Below are positions 38,751 through 46,499 of a stretch of DNA of 64,000 nucleotides, in pieces. Numbering within the stretch: position 1 is the stretch's first letter; every line of letters begins with the position of its first letter. Origin of the DNA: Minisyncoccia bacterium (GTDB lineage Bacteria > Patescibacteriota > Minisyncoccia > Phycocordibacterales > DATDWN01); the NCBI GenBank assembly GCA_049297675.1, contig JBAQUS010000004.1, positions 13,188 through 77,187 on the forward strand. The letters run 5' to 3'. The notes beneath the pieces were generated by a model. The model made no database searches. It saw only the letters and a program-made list of their open reading frames with translations, and had not been told where the DNA came from. The position numbers and the translations under genes were made by a program.

Positions 38751-39599
38751 TTATTGAGTTACAGTTTTCTTTTCGGATACTGTCTCAGTAAGACTATTTA
38801 GCTCATTTTTTAATACTGAAATTGGTGTAAAAATCCTAGTTTCGTTGTTTGAAAGTTTTATCCCAACAACATCACCAGAGAGATTAAATATCGGACTACC
38901 AGATACCATATCCCTTGAAGTAATATCAGTATTTATACTTGATATAACTTTTACTGTTGAAGTCCCAACACCAGAATCTTTGGTTGAAAGTGATGTAACT
39001 CTGCCTACTGTGACCGAGTTATCCGAAGTACCACCAAGACCTATAAGAGTCTGCCCGAGCTTAACTTCTGCTTCTGATATTACACTCGGCTCTAGATTTA
39101 TTTCCGATTTCTCAGGTAGGTTAGCTAGAAATAAAATAAAGTTTGTCTGTTTATCAATACCTTGGGGAATAATTTCAACAACTTCCCCATCGCTTAGTTC
39201 CGCAGAATATTTGTTTGTCTTCAAAACAGTTTTTCTGTCAGTAGCTATGCCCCCTCCGCCAATTATTATTCCTATCCCGTAAAAACTAGCCTCTTCTGTG
39301 AAAGGATTTCTCTCCCTTATCCTGACAACACTTTTTAAATTTTTGTTGATCGAATCTATTATTCTGTCTTCTTCCTTAACTACAACAGTAGTTATCTCCT
39401 TTTGGTTCGACTGAATGATGGACGGCGTTGCTGGCACGATCGTCTCAACAGTCTTTTCCACAATACTGTTTATGTTTCGTGTTATTTCTATCGGAGCCTC
39501 TTGAAGAAGAGCATTAGTCATTATTCCTGTGGCAATCGAGGTGACAAAACTAACAAGAAGTGTCAGCAGTACAATCTGATTTTTGTTAAGGTCCTCCAT
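38751..39599 (-). CDS. Trypsin-like serine protease (HtrA/DegP-like S1 family, no PDZ), membrane anchored
   Basis: N-terminal TM. GxSGSP-type active-site region DMVSGSPIFNLSGDVVGI. Confidence 0.55.
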   Translation of the reverse strand: MEDLNKNQIVLLTLLVSFVTSIATGIMTNALLQEAPIEITRNINSIVEKTVETIVPATPSIIQSNQKEITTVVVKEEDRIIDSINKNLKSVVRIRERNPFTEEASFYGIGIIIGGGGIATDRKTVLKTNKYSAELSDGEVVEIIPQGIDKQTNFILFLANLPEKSEINLEPSVISEAEVKLGQTLIGLGGTSDNSVTVGRVTSLSTKDSGVGTSTVKVISSINTDITSRDMVSGSPIFNLSGDVVGIKLSNNETRIFTPISVLKNELNSLTETVSEKKTVTQ

Positions 39600-39629
39600 A
39601 TATGCTGCATAATATCATTTCTTTTTATA

Positions 39630-40778
39630 ATGGTAAACGACTACATTTATGATAGTATAAAATGTATGAGTTTTGAATTACATACAATTGAAAATCCGAG
39701 TAGTCGAGATGACCAAGGTCACTTAAGTAGAAAGTTGGAAAAAATTAATCCTGGGAGAGACAGGGTTGAGGCTTTTAGAGTAGCCCGAGAAAGAATTCTC
39801 GGTAACCCTGATCTATACGAGAAATTTATAAAAGGCTTCATAAAAAGCAGTGATTCAATCCCTGTTGAGCTTGCCAGTGTACAAAATGAATTTCTATCAA
39901 ACTGTGTTGAATTATCTGATCAAGAGATAGACTCTCTGGTTAGACAATTCAACAAGGGATTAGCAGATTATCTAATAAAAAATTATGCAAAATTAGGAAT
40001 AGACTCGCAAAGAAAGGAGCATCTACTTTCTTCTCTTGATAGCCTTGGGATGAATTCAGTAGGAATAATTAGTGCAGTTGAATACATTAGGTCCAGAAAA
40101 AAACTATTCGAATTGGGTCCTGAACAGGATTATGGTTTTTATTTCGAGGATAGTCTAGATGCTAGATATAAAATTGATCTAATTGAAGTTTTATATTTGG
40201 ACGGGAAAGTAAATTCAATGAATTTAGTACAAATTAAATCGCGTAAACCCGATGACAACGAGATAGAAAAAATATTAGATGACCATAGGAGTTGGGTAGC
40301 AAGTTCTATGATGGATTTAGAGACTTTTGAGAGAGAATACACTGACGGTATTCCTGATAATTTGACTATAGAAATCATGTTAGAAAATGCTCAAGATGTC
40401 GAGGATTTACTTGTGGATGTCTGTACTGATCCAGACGGATTTAAACCTGATAAATTCATTGAAAAATTAGATCTGGGAAATCTAAATAACAAACAAAAAG
40501 CGTGGTTGCTACTTAAATACGGAAAAATCATGATTGAAAAAATTGCTAGTGCTGTCAAAAACCAAGTTCTTGATGCTAATCAAGCTGAAGAAATACTAGG
40601 AGCACTTAGCAAACTAACAAATAAAGTTATTGCAAAAGCAAAACTTCCAAAAAATTTTTCAACAGTAAGAAATATAAACTCAGTAATTGCTGTTGGTCCT
40701 GAGATTATTCGTGAAGAAAGAATACATGGAGATAGTATTTCAGACATACATAAAAAAGTTGTCGGTCTAAGTAATTGA
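39630..40778 (+). CDS. Hypothetical protein (382 aa), no recognisable domain
   Basis: Start placed at ATG 39630 to avoid overlap with the protease gene (the track ORF starts at 39402). Acidic, helical-looking sequence. Confidence 0.4.
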   Translation: MVNDYIYDSIKCMSFELHTIENPSSRDDQGHLSRKLEKINPGRDRVEAFRVARERILGNPDLYEKFIKGFIKSSDSIPVELASVQNEFLSNCVELSDQEIDSLVRQFNKGLADYLIKNYAKLGIDSQRKEHLLSSLDSLGMNSVGIISAVEYIRSRKKLFELGPEQDYGFYFEDSLDARYKIDLIEVLYLDGKVNSMNLVQIKSRKPDDNEIEKILDDHRSWVASSMMDLETFEREYTDGIPDNLTIEIMLENAQDVEDLLVDVCTDPDGFKPDKFIEKLDLGNLNNKQKAWLLLKYGKIMIEKIASAVKNQVLDANQAEEILGALSKLTNKVIAKAKLPKNFSTVRNINSVIAVGPEIIREERIHGDSISDIHKKVVGLSN

Positions 40779-40819
40779 TAAATAGACCAAATAATGATAT
40801 AAAATAAGTGGAGTCAGAC

Positions 40820-40969
40820 ATGAAAAAATCATCCTTACCTGGTCTTAAATCAATATCAGTGAATAATAAACCCACGGATAGAGGAGTGGCTAAGGTCAGG
40901 CTTGAAAAGGCGCGTGCTGAGTTCGAACGTCGCTTAGATCGTGTATTGAACGAAGGTAAGAAAAAGTGA
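40820..40969 (+). CDS. Small basic protein (49 aa) co-oriented after the 382-aa hypothetical
   Basis: MKKSSLPGLKSISVNNKPTDRGVAKVRLEKARAEFERRLDRVLNEGKKK. GGAG RBS. Followed by hairpin GGGTTACTACCA...TGGTGGTAGCCC plus a T-run (40973-41012). Confidence 0.35.
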   Translation: MKKSSLPGLKSISVNNKPTDRGVAKVRLEKARAEFERRLDRVLNEGKKK

Positions 40970-41008
40970 GGGTTACTACCAGTATGCCTTGGTGGTAGCC
41001 CTTTTCGT

Positions 41009-42217
41009 TTATTTAAAAATCTTTTTCAAGACAGAAACAAGCTCATCAATATCCCTCTTTGTGCTTTCCCTTCCTAGAGTAAACCGAAGAGAAGACATTT
41101 TGCATTCCTCCTTTCCGAGAGCCTCAACCACATACGAAGATGAATCCTCTTTTAGTGTTCGACAAGACGATGAGTATGAAGCTGAAATCCCTGCGACATC
41201 TAGTGAGATGACCCCAAACTCTGCATCCAAACCCGGAAAACAAATATTAATGTTGTTTGGAAGTCTTTCCTCCTTTGAGCCATTTAGACTAGTCTTCGGA
41301 AAGGTATTGAGAATTTTCTCAATTTCATAATCTCTAATTTCTTTAAGTCTAGTGGATTCGCTTTCTTTCATTTTTTCTGCAATTTCCAATGCCTTAGCAA
41401 ATCCTATTGCACTTGAAACGTTCTCCGTGCCACTCCTAAGCCCTCCCTCTTGTCCTCCGCCGAAAATAATAGGTGATATTTCTACTCCATTCTTTACAAA
41501 CAGAACTCCAGTGCTTCTCGGACCATAAATTTTAATGCCATCAAGTGTCATCATATCCACACCAAGTTTCAAAACGTTTACATCGAGATAAAGTGGTGCT
41601 TGGCAGGCATCTGTATGAAAATAAGGATACTCGGTGTTGTTCTTTATCCTAAAATCCTTAATCACTTTGCTGATTTCCTTTATTGGTTGGATTGTTCCAA
41701 TCTCATTGTTTGCGTACATTATTGAAACCAGAACAGTCTCTTTTTTTATTGCATCTCTTATGTCCTTAATTGAAACTAATCCCTCGGAATTTACTGAAAG
41801 TTTTGTCACCTCTCCTCCTCTTTTTTCTATTTCACTAAAAACTTCCAGGACAGACGGATGCTCGATTTGTGAAGTAATGAAATGTGGTCTAGAAATAAAA
41901 CTTTTGCTTTTTTCAAAAACTCCTAAAATAGTCATATTGTTTCCCTCAGTCCCACCACTGGTGAAATAAATAGATTTACTTTGAGTGCTTAGAATTTCTG
42001 CAACCTTTCTTCTAGCTTTTTCAAGATTTTCCTTTGCCGTAATTGCCTGACTGTAAAGTGCAGAAGGGTTAGCAAAAATTTTCTCTTCATATTCACGCAT
42101 TACTCTCACTACTTCCTTGTCTATGGGAGTGGTCGATGCATAATCTAAAAAAATCCTCTCTTTTTTACCTAATAAATTAAATAAATTCATGATTTTATGA
42201 TACAGATTATTTTGCAA
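41009..42217 (-). CDS. Cysteine desulfurase (class V aminotransferase, NifS/IscS-like)
   Basis: SGGTEGNNM, FHTDACQAP and GIKIYGPRSTGVLFV motifs. Confidence 0.75.
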   Translation of the reverse strand: MQNNLYHKIMNLFNLLGKKERIFLDYASTTPIDKEVVRVMREYEEKIFANPSALYSQAITAKENLEKARRKVAEILSTQSKSIYFTSGGTEGNNMTILGVFEKSKSFISRPHFITSQIEHPSVLEVFSEIEKRGGEVTKLSVNSEGLVSIKDIRDAIKKETVLVSIMYANNEIGTIQPIKEISKVIKDFRIKNNTEYPYFHTDACQAPLYLDVNVLKLGVDMMTLDGIKIYGPRSTGVLFVKNGVEISPIIFGGGQEGGLRSGTENVSSAIGFAKALEIAEKMKESESTRLKEIRDYEIEKILNTFPKTSLNGSKEERLPNNINICFPGLDAEFGVISLDVAGISASYSSSCRTLKEDSSSYVVEALGKEECKMSSLRFTLGRESTKRDIDELVSVLKKIFK

Positions 42218-42240
42218 ATGACAACAAATTATGACATACT

Positions 42241-42717
42241 ATGGAAATGTCATTTGATCTACTAACTATAATTTATATTACTTTAGTAATACTTGTAGTT
42301 TTAGTTGGATGGATTATAAGACTTGAAATAAAGTTAGGAAGGCTACTTTTGGGTAAAAATGCCAAAACGCTTGAAGACAGCATCTTTTTTGCCAAGGATA
42401 ATCTTGAAAAACTTAACAATTTCGAGAAGAAAACTTTGGAAAATTTCTCCCAAATGGAGAAGAAACTTAAAAGAAGCGTGCAGGCTGTTGAAACAATCCG
42501 TTTTAATCCCTTTAAAGGAAATGGGGATGGTGGAAGTCAGAGTTTTTCCACTTCTTTTTTATCTGAAGACGGAAACGGAGTGGTCATTTCCAGTCTATAT
42601 TCAAGAGATAGGGTCAGTATTTTTTCGAAACCACTTCAAAAGTTTGAGAGTAGTTTCGAACTAACGGGTGAAGAAAAAGAAGTGGTAGAAAATTCTAAGA
42701 AAGTTTTAGTAAATTAA
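42241..42717 (+). CDS. DUF4446-like small membrane protein
   Basis: N-terminal TM, coiled-coil segment, C-terminal RFNPFKGNGDGGSQSFSTSFLSEDGNGVVISSLYSR motif. Confidence 0.4.
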   Translation: MEMSFDLLTIIYITLVILVVLVGWIIRLEIKLGRLLLGKNAKTLEDSIFFAKDNLEKLNNFEKKTLENFSQMEKKLKRSVQAVETIRFNPFKGNGDGGSQSFSTSFLSEDGNGVVISSLYSRDRVSIFSKPLQKFESSFELTGEEKEVVENSKKVLVN

Positions 42718-42751
42718 TGCCAGATGGTCATGAACCAGCCCAAACACTGCT

Positions 42752-44257
42752 ATGAAAACAGAAAATCAAAATTCAGAAAAGCGTGGTCCTATCGTGGCTG
42801 TAATGGGTCATATTGATCATGGCAAGTCAACTCTCCTCTCTTTCATAAGAAAAAGTACTAAGCCTCTAGATGAAGCCGGAGGTATCACTCAACACATTTC
42901 TGCCTATGAAGTCCCCCACACAGACAAGGAGGGAAAAACAAGGAATATAACTTTTCTCGATACTCCTGGTCACGAGGCGTTTTCGGGAATAAGAAAAAGA
43001 GGGGCAAAAGTGGCTGATATAGCTGTTCTTGTTGTATCTGCAGAAGATGGAGTGAAACCTCAAACAAAAGAGGCACTGGAATCCATAAAGAACAGCAAAA
43101 CTCCATTCATTGTTGCTATAAATAAAATAGACAAGCCAGATGCAAACATAGAGAGAACTAAACAAAGTCTGGCAGAAAATGAAATTTATATTGAGGGATA
43201 TGGAGGAGATGTTCCATGTGTAAACATTTCAGCGAAGAACGGTGATGGCGTTGAAGATCTATTGGATATGATTATTCTAATTTCTGAACTTGAAAATCTT
43301 TCAGGAAACCCAGATGAAAACGCAGAAGGAATAGTAATAGAAAGTAATAGAGACTCCAAAAAAGGAATCTCTTCGACTTGTATAATAATTGATGGCAAAA
43401 TTCAAAAAGGAATGTATATTACTTCAGGAACCTCGAGTTCACCGGTTAGGATTATTGAAAACTTTCTTGGAAAACAAGTTGAATCAGCTCAATTTCCAAG
43501 CCCAGTAAAAATTATCGGTTGGGATTCGCTTCCAGAGGTTGGCGATAGTTTCCATGTTTGGAAAACAAGGGAAGAAGCAAGAGAAGCTGTACAGAAAGAG
43601 GTGGAAAATAAAAGCTCTAAGTCAATAAGTGGTGAGGACCTCAAATGTGAAAATTCCATAGCAATTGTAGTCAAGGCGGATACGGGTAGCAGTCTTGAAG
43701 CTATGATTGGTGAAATAAATAAACTTAGGCTTGAAAAAATATGTCCGGAAATTATTGCCTCAGGAATAGGAAATATTTCTGAAAATGATGTGAGACTTGC
43801 CGATGGTGGAAATAAAAAGGCTATTGTTGTTGGTTTCAATGTTGATACCGATTCTCTAGCAAAAAACTTATCGGAAAGAAACGGAACTCAAATAAAAACT
43901 TTCAACATTATTTATAAAATGAGTGAATGGTTAAGTAAGCTACTTATTGAAAACACGCCAAAGGAAAAAGTCTCTGAGAGCGTTGGTGTGGCTAAAATTT
44001 TGAAGATTTTTAGTAAAGTTCGTGACAAACAGATTGTCGGTGGGAAGGTTGAGAAAGGTAAAATCGATCTTGGCTCTCAAGTAAAAATTTTAAGGAGAGA
44101 GGCTGAAATTGCAGAAGGCAAAATAAGAGAGCTTCAAAGCCAGAAAAATCAAGTCAGTGAAGTCGTTGAGGGTAAAGAATTTGGAGCAATGATAGAATCA
44201 AAAATCGAAATAGTGCCGGGAGATAGGATTGAATGTTTTATTATTGTTGAAAAATAA
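42752..44257 (+). CDS. infB: Translation initiation factor IF-2 (short, G-domain-first form)
   Basis: GHIDHGKSTLL, DTPGHEAF, NKID G motifs. Beta-barrel domains follow. Confidence 0.85.
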   Translation: MKTENQNSEKRGPIVAVMGHIDHGKSTLLSFIRKSTKPLDEAGGITQHISAYEVPHTDKEGKTRNITFLDTPGHEAFSGIRKRGAKVADIAVLVVSAEDGVKPQTKEALESIKNSKTPFIVAINKIDKPDANIERTKQSLAENEIYIEGYGGDVPCVNISAKNGDGVEDLLDMIILISELENLSGNPDENAEGIVIESNRDSKKGISSTCIIIDGKIQKGMYITSGTSSSPVRIIENFLGKQVESAQFPSPVKIIGWDSLPEVGDSFHVWKTREEAREAVQKEVENKSSKSISGEDLKCENSIAIVVKADTGSSLEAMIGEINKLRLEKICPEIIASGIGNISENDVRLADGGNKKAIVVGFNVDTDSLAKNLSERNGTQIKTFNIIYKMSEWLSKLLIENTPKEKVSESVGVAKILKIFSKVRDKQIVGGKVEKGKIDLGSQVKILRREAEIAEGKIRELQSQKNQVSEVVEGKEFGAMIESKIEIVPGDRIECFIIVEK

Positions 44258-44580
44258 TGAGTAACAGAAATCAAAGACTAAGTGAAATTCTAAGAGATTT
44301 AGGTGCCCGTTTTCTGCTTCTTAATGGAAACAAATCCTCGCTTTTAACCGTGACAAAATTGGAATTAACAAGGGATGGAAAAAATGCTACTATTTTCTTT
44401 ACGGTTTTTCCAAATAGTTTTGAAAAAACTGCTCTTGAGTTTGCCAAGAGAAAAAGAAGTGATTTTAGAGAATTCGTTAAGGAAAATTCAAAACTAGGAC
44501 ACCTCCCCCAGTTTGATTTTGAAATTGATCTAGGAGAGAAAAACCGTCAAAAAATTGACGGATTATTAAATGAAAAATGA
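44257..44580 (+). CDS. rbfA: Ribosome-binding factor A
   Basis: Overlaps the infB stop. RLSEILRDLGARFLLLNG...LLTVTKLELTRDGKNATIFFTVF is a KH-like RbfA pattern. Confidence 0.7.
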   Translation: MSNRNQRLSEILRDLGARFLLLNGNKSSLLTVTKLELTRDGKNATIFFTVFPNSFEKTALEFAKRKRSDFREFVKENSKLGHLPQFDFEIDLGEKNRQKIDGLLNEK

Positions 44581-44650
44581 CCTAGTCGCCAAGTGGTAAG
44601 GCAAAGCTCTGCAAAAGCTTTATACGGCGGTTCGATTCCGCCCTAGGTCT
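44579..44650 (+). tRNA. tRNA-Cys (anticodon GCA)
   Basis: Acceptor GACCTAG/CTAGGTC, anticodon arm AAGCT-CTGCAAA-AGCTT, T-arm GGCGG-TTCGATT-CCGCC, discriminator U. Confidence 0.75.
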
Positions 44651-44719
44651 CCCTAAAACATTTACACAGTAAGTGTTTGGGTGAACAATTCATCCAGAGA
44701 GTTGTTGTAACCAAATTTT

Positions 44720-44801
44720 GCTCGGGTGGCGGAACTGGTATACGCGTTCGACTTAAAATCGAATCCCGAAAGGGGTATGGGTTCGATTCCCATCCCGAGC
44801 A
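44720..44801 (+). tRNA. tRNA-Leu (anticodon UAA), long variable arm
   Basis: Acceptor GCTCGGG/CCCGAGC, anticodon arm TTCGA-CTTAAAA-TCGAA, T-arm ATGGG-TTCGATT-CCCAT. Confidence 0.75.
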
Positions 44802-44850
44802 CAAAATTGAAATAAACTAAAATTAATGTTATAAATTTAAAGTAAAATTT

Positions 44851-44923
44851 GCGCCTATAGCTCAGCTGGTAGAGCAGATCCCTCTTAAGGATAAGGTCCC
44901 AGGTTCGATCCCTGGTGGGCGCA
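44851..44923 (+). tRNA. tRNA-Lys (anticodon CUU)
   Basis: D-arm TAGCTCAGCTGGTAGAGCA, anticodon loop CTCTTAA, T-arm CCAGG-TTCGATC-CCTGG, acceptor GCGCCTA/TGGGCGC. Confidence 0.7.
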
Positions 44924-44999
44924 CAAGCCGAAATAATCTAAACTGCTTTAGATTATTTCGGACTTGTGCGCAACCAGAATATACCTTTAGGTGATTCTG
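44919..44999. repeat. Two consecutive strong hairpins after tRNA-Lys: 44919-44972 (about 24-bp stem; the outer arm reuses the tRNA 3' end) and 44963-44999 (10-bp stem)
   Basis: GCGCACAAGCCGAAATAATCTAAA-CTGC-TTTAGATTATTTCGGACTTGTGCGC, then CAACCAGAAT...ATTCTGGTTG. CTTGTGCG recurs at 45016-45023. Confidence 0.5.
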
Positions 45000-45119
45000 G
45001 TTGAGGTTTCGGGCTTGTGCGTTATTAAAACATGTTTACTAAATAGTTTGAATCGTGGTTTCAAATTTGTGTGTGAAAGTAAGATAGCAATATAATGTTT
45101 TAGTTTCAAGTTAACAATT

Positions 45120-45203
45120 GGGCGAGTGGCGTAACAGTAGCCGCGCCAGTCTTAGGAACTGGTCCCGTAAGGGGTGGAGGTGCGATTCCTCTCTCGCCCA
45201 CCA
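45120..45203 (+). tRNA. tRNA-Leu (anticodon UAG), long variable arm, CCA encoded; atypical D-loop
   Basis: Acceptor GGGCGAG/CTCGCCC plus ACCA, anticodon arm CCAGT-CTTAGGA-ACTGG. The D-loop lacks the usual GG. Confidence 0.6.
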
Positions 45204-45491
45204 ATAAGGAACTAAAGGGTTCTGAATGCGAACCCAAGCGGAACGCCCGAAGGGCGTGCCAAGGATTTTCGCCTGATTCTGCAAGAGAATTCGGGAATTT
45301 TGGTGTGCAAGCGTGCAAGGTTTTTTCGTCGAGACGCAGGTTCGAGCCAAAGATTTCTTTGGCATAGACCTTTTTAGTAAAAAGATCTGAATCAGAAGCG
45401 ATTCTGTCCAATGATTCCGCGTCTTTTAGCCATTGTTGGAAAGGTGCGAGCCAATCATTCTACTTGTGTGAAAGAGAGGTCATTTCTCATC

Positions 45492-45515
45492 TGTCAAACA
45501 TCCGATGTTTGACAG
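45492..45515. repeat. REP-like palindrome TGTCAAACATC-C-GATGTTTGACA (copy 1, rayT1-associated)
   Basis: Perfect palindrome with 11-nt arms, 41 nt beyond the rayT1 stop. Confidence 0.6.
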
Positions 45516-45555
45516 TAAGTTAGGGGTAGATTATTACCGAAAATGTTAAAACTTT

Positions 45556-46215
45556 TTATACTTCAAAAGTTTTGGTGTCAGCTTTTACCCCGCTATTTTT
45601 TACAAATTTATAATATTCATATTTATCCTCAAATTGGTCTAATACTACTTCCCTTTTTAATATTTCCTTCCAACGATTTTCTGTAACGTAATCCTGATAG
45701 CTAGACCACTCATATTTTTCTGGATTATTACTCCAATGTGAAAGCTCTTTTGGATTTAAATGAACATACGCAGATAAATGTAGTAGTTGTTCATTACTTT
45801 CAACATGAACTGCTTTATACGGACCTTCAAAAAGATGCCCCGAAATTTTATATTTAGTATTGAAGTATTTTGTATACGAGTTAAGTACACGTTGCATATA
45901 TTTCCCAGTTCCACCTTCTTCATTTTCACGAACTATTAGATGAAAATGGTTAGTCATCATCGCAAAAGAAACTAGGTCAACGTATCTTTTCGAAATTATC
46001 TTTTCGTAATCATCACTGTTAATGTCAAACATCCGATGTTTGACATAATTCGAGATCATTCTTGAAACTTGAGGAAAAATAACATTTGCTTGAAAGTATA
46101 AAATGAGAAATAAAAATCTAATTCTATCTCTATCATCCTTGAAGATGATTTTCTTCCCAACTCCCCGATTATATATATGATAGTGTTCCCCAATTTCAAT
46201 ATTATCTCTTCTCAT
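45556..46215 (-). CDS. IS200-like Y1/HUH transposase, RayT (REP-associated tyrosine transposase)-type, paralog 1
   Basis: YHIYNRGV N-terminus, HUH motif HFHLIV, and Y-containing C-terminal helix (GPYKAVHVE). REP palindromes on both sides. Homologous to 54366-55043. Confidence 0.65.
   Translation of the reverse strand: MRRDNIEIGEHYHIYNRGVGKKIIFKDDRDRIRFLFLILYFQANVIFPQVSRMISNYVKHRMFDINSDDYEKIISKRYVDLVSFAMMTNHFHLIVRENEEGGTGKYMQRVLNSYTKYFNTKYKISGHLFEGPYKAVHVESNEQLLHLSAYVHLNPKELSHWSNNPEKYEWSSYQDYVTENRWKEILKREVVLDQFEDKYEYYKFVKNSGVKADTKTFEV
46022..46046. repeat. REP-like palindrome ATGTCAAACATC-C-GATGTTTGACAT (copy 2) lying inside the rayT1 coding sequence
   Basis: 12-nt arms. Encodes VKHRMFD in rayT1; the same peptide is read from the opposite strand because of the palindrome. 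Confidence 0.55.
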
Positions 46216-46240
46216 AACCTCTCATCCTACATGGACAACT

Positions 46241-46277
46241 ATCCATCTGTCAAACATCGGATGTTTGACAGATGGAT
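46241..46277. repeat. REP-like extended palindrome ATCCATCTGTCAAACATC-G-GATGTTTGACAGATGGAT (copy 3; centre inverted relative to copies 1 and 2)
   Basis: Perfect palindrome with 18-nt arms, 26 nt upstream of the rayT1 start. Confidence 0.6.
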
Positions 46278-46367
46278 AAGATCGATTATTAGAAAGGCTT
46301 GTGATTTTTTTAAAATCGATCTTGTTGCAAATAACGGCTTAATGGTGGGGGTTTTTTGACGACACCC

Positions 46368-46401
46368 TTGACTTGACTTTTGGATTTAATTGTGATAGAA
46401 T
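46368..46401 (+). promoter_or_regulatory. Near-consensus sigma-70 promoter: TTGACT (x2, overlapping), 17-nt spacer, extended -10 TGaTAGAAT
   Basis: Read directly: -35 TTGACT at 46373-46378, 17 nt, TG at 46393-94, TAGAAT at 46396-46401. It sits at the left edge of the high-GC block. Confidence 0.55.
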
Positions 46402-46499
46402 GGTGAGCAGAACGGGAGCGGCAATTCTTGCCCCTTTCGTCGCTCCTTGACACTCTAGTTTTTAGTTTACAAGCGCTTAAATGCGCAGAAGAGGTTAGC

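Noticed and set aside
45106-45411. Two minus-strand ORFs across tRNA-Leu(UAG) and the downstream GC-rich spacer
   Set aside because: They overlap a tRNA on the opposite strand. No start context.
46428-46499. Upstream TTG-initiated extension of the SPFH ORF given in the track
   Set aside because: No ATG. It overlaps the promoter -10 region. A strong RBS (GAAGAGG) precedes the ATG at 46500, so the extension is not translated.
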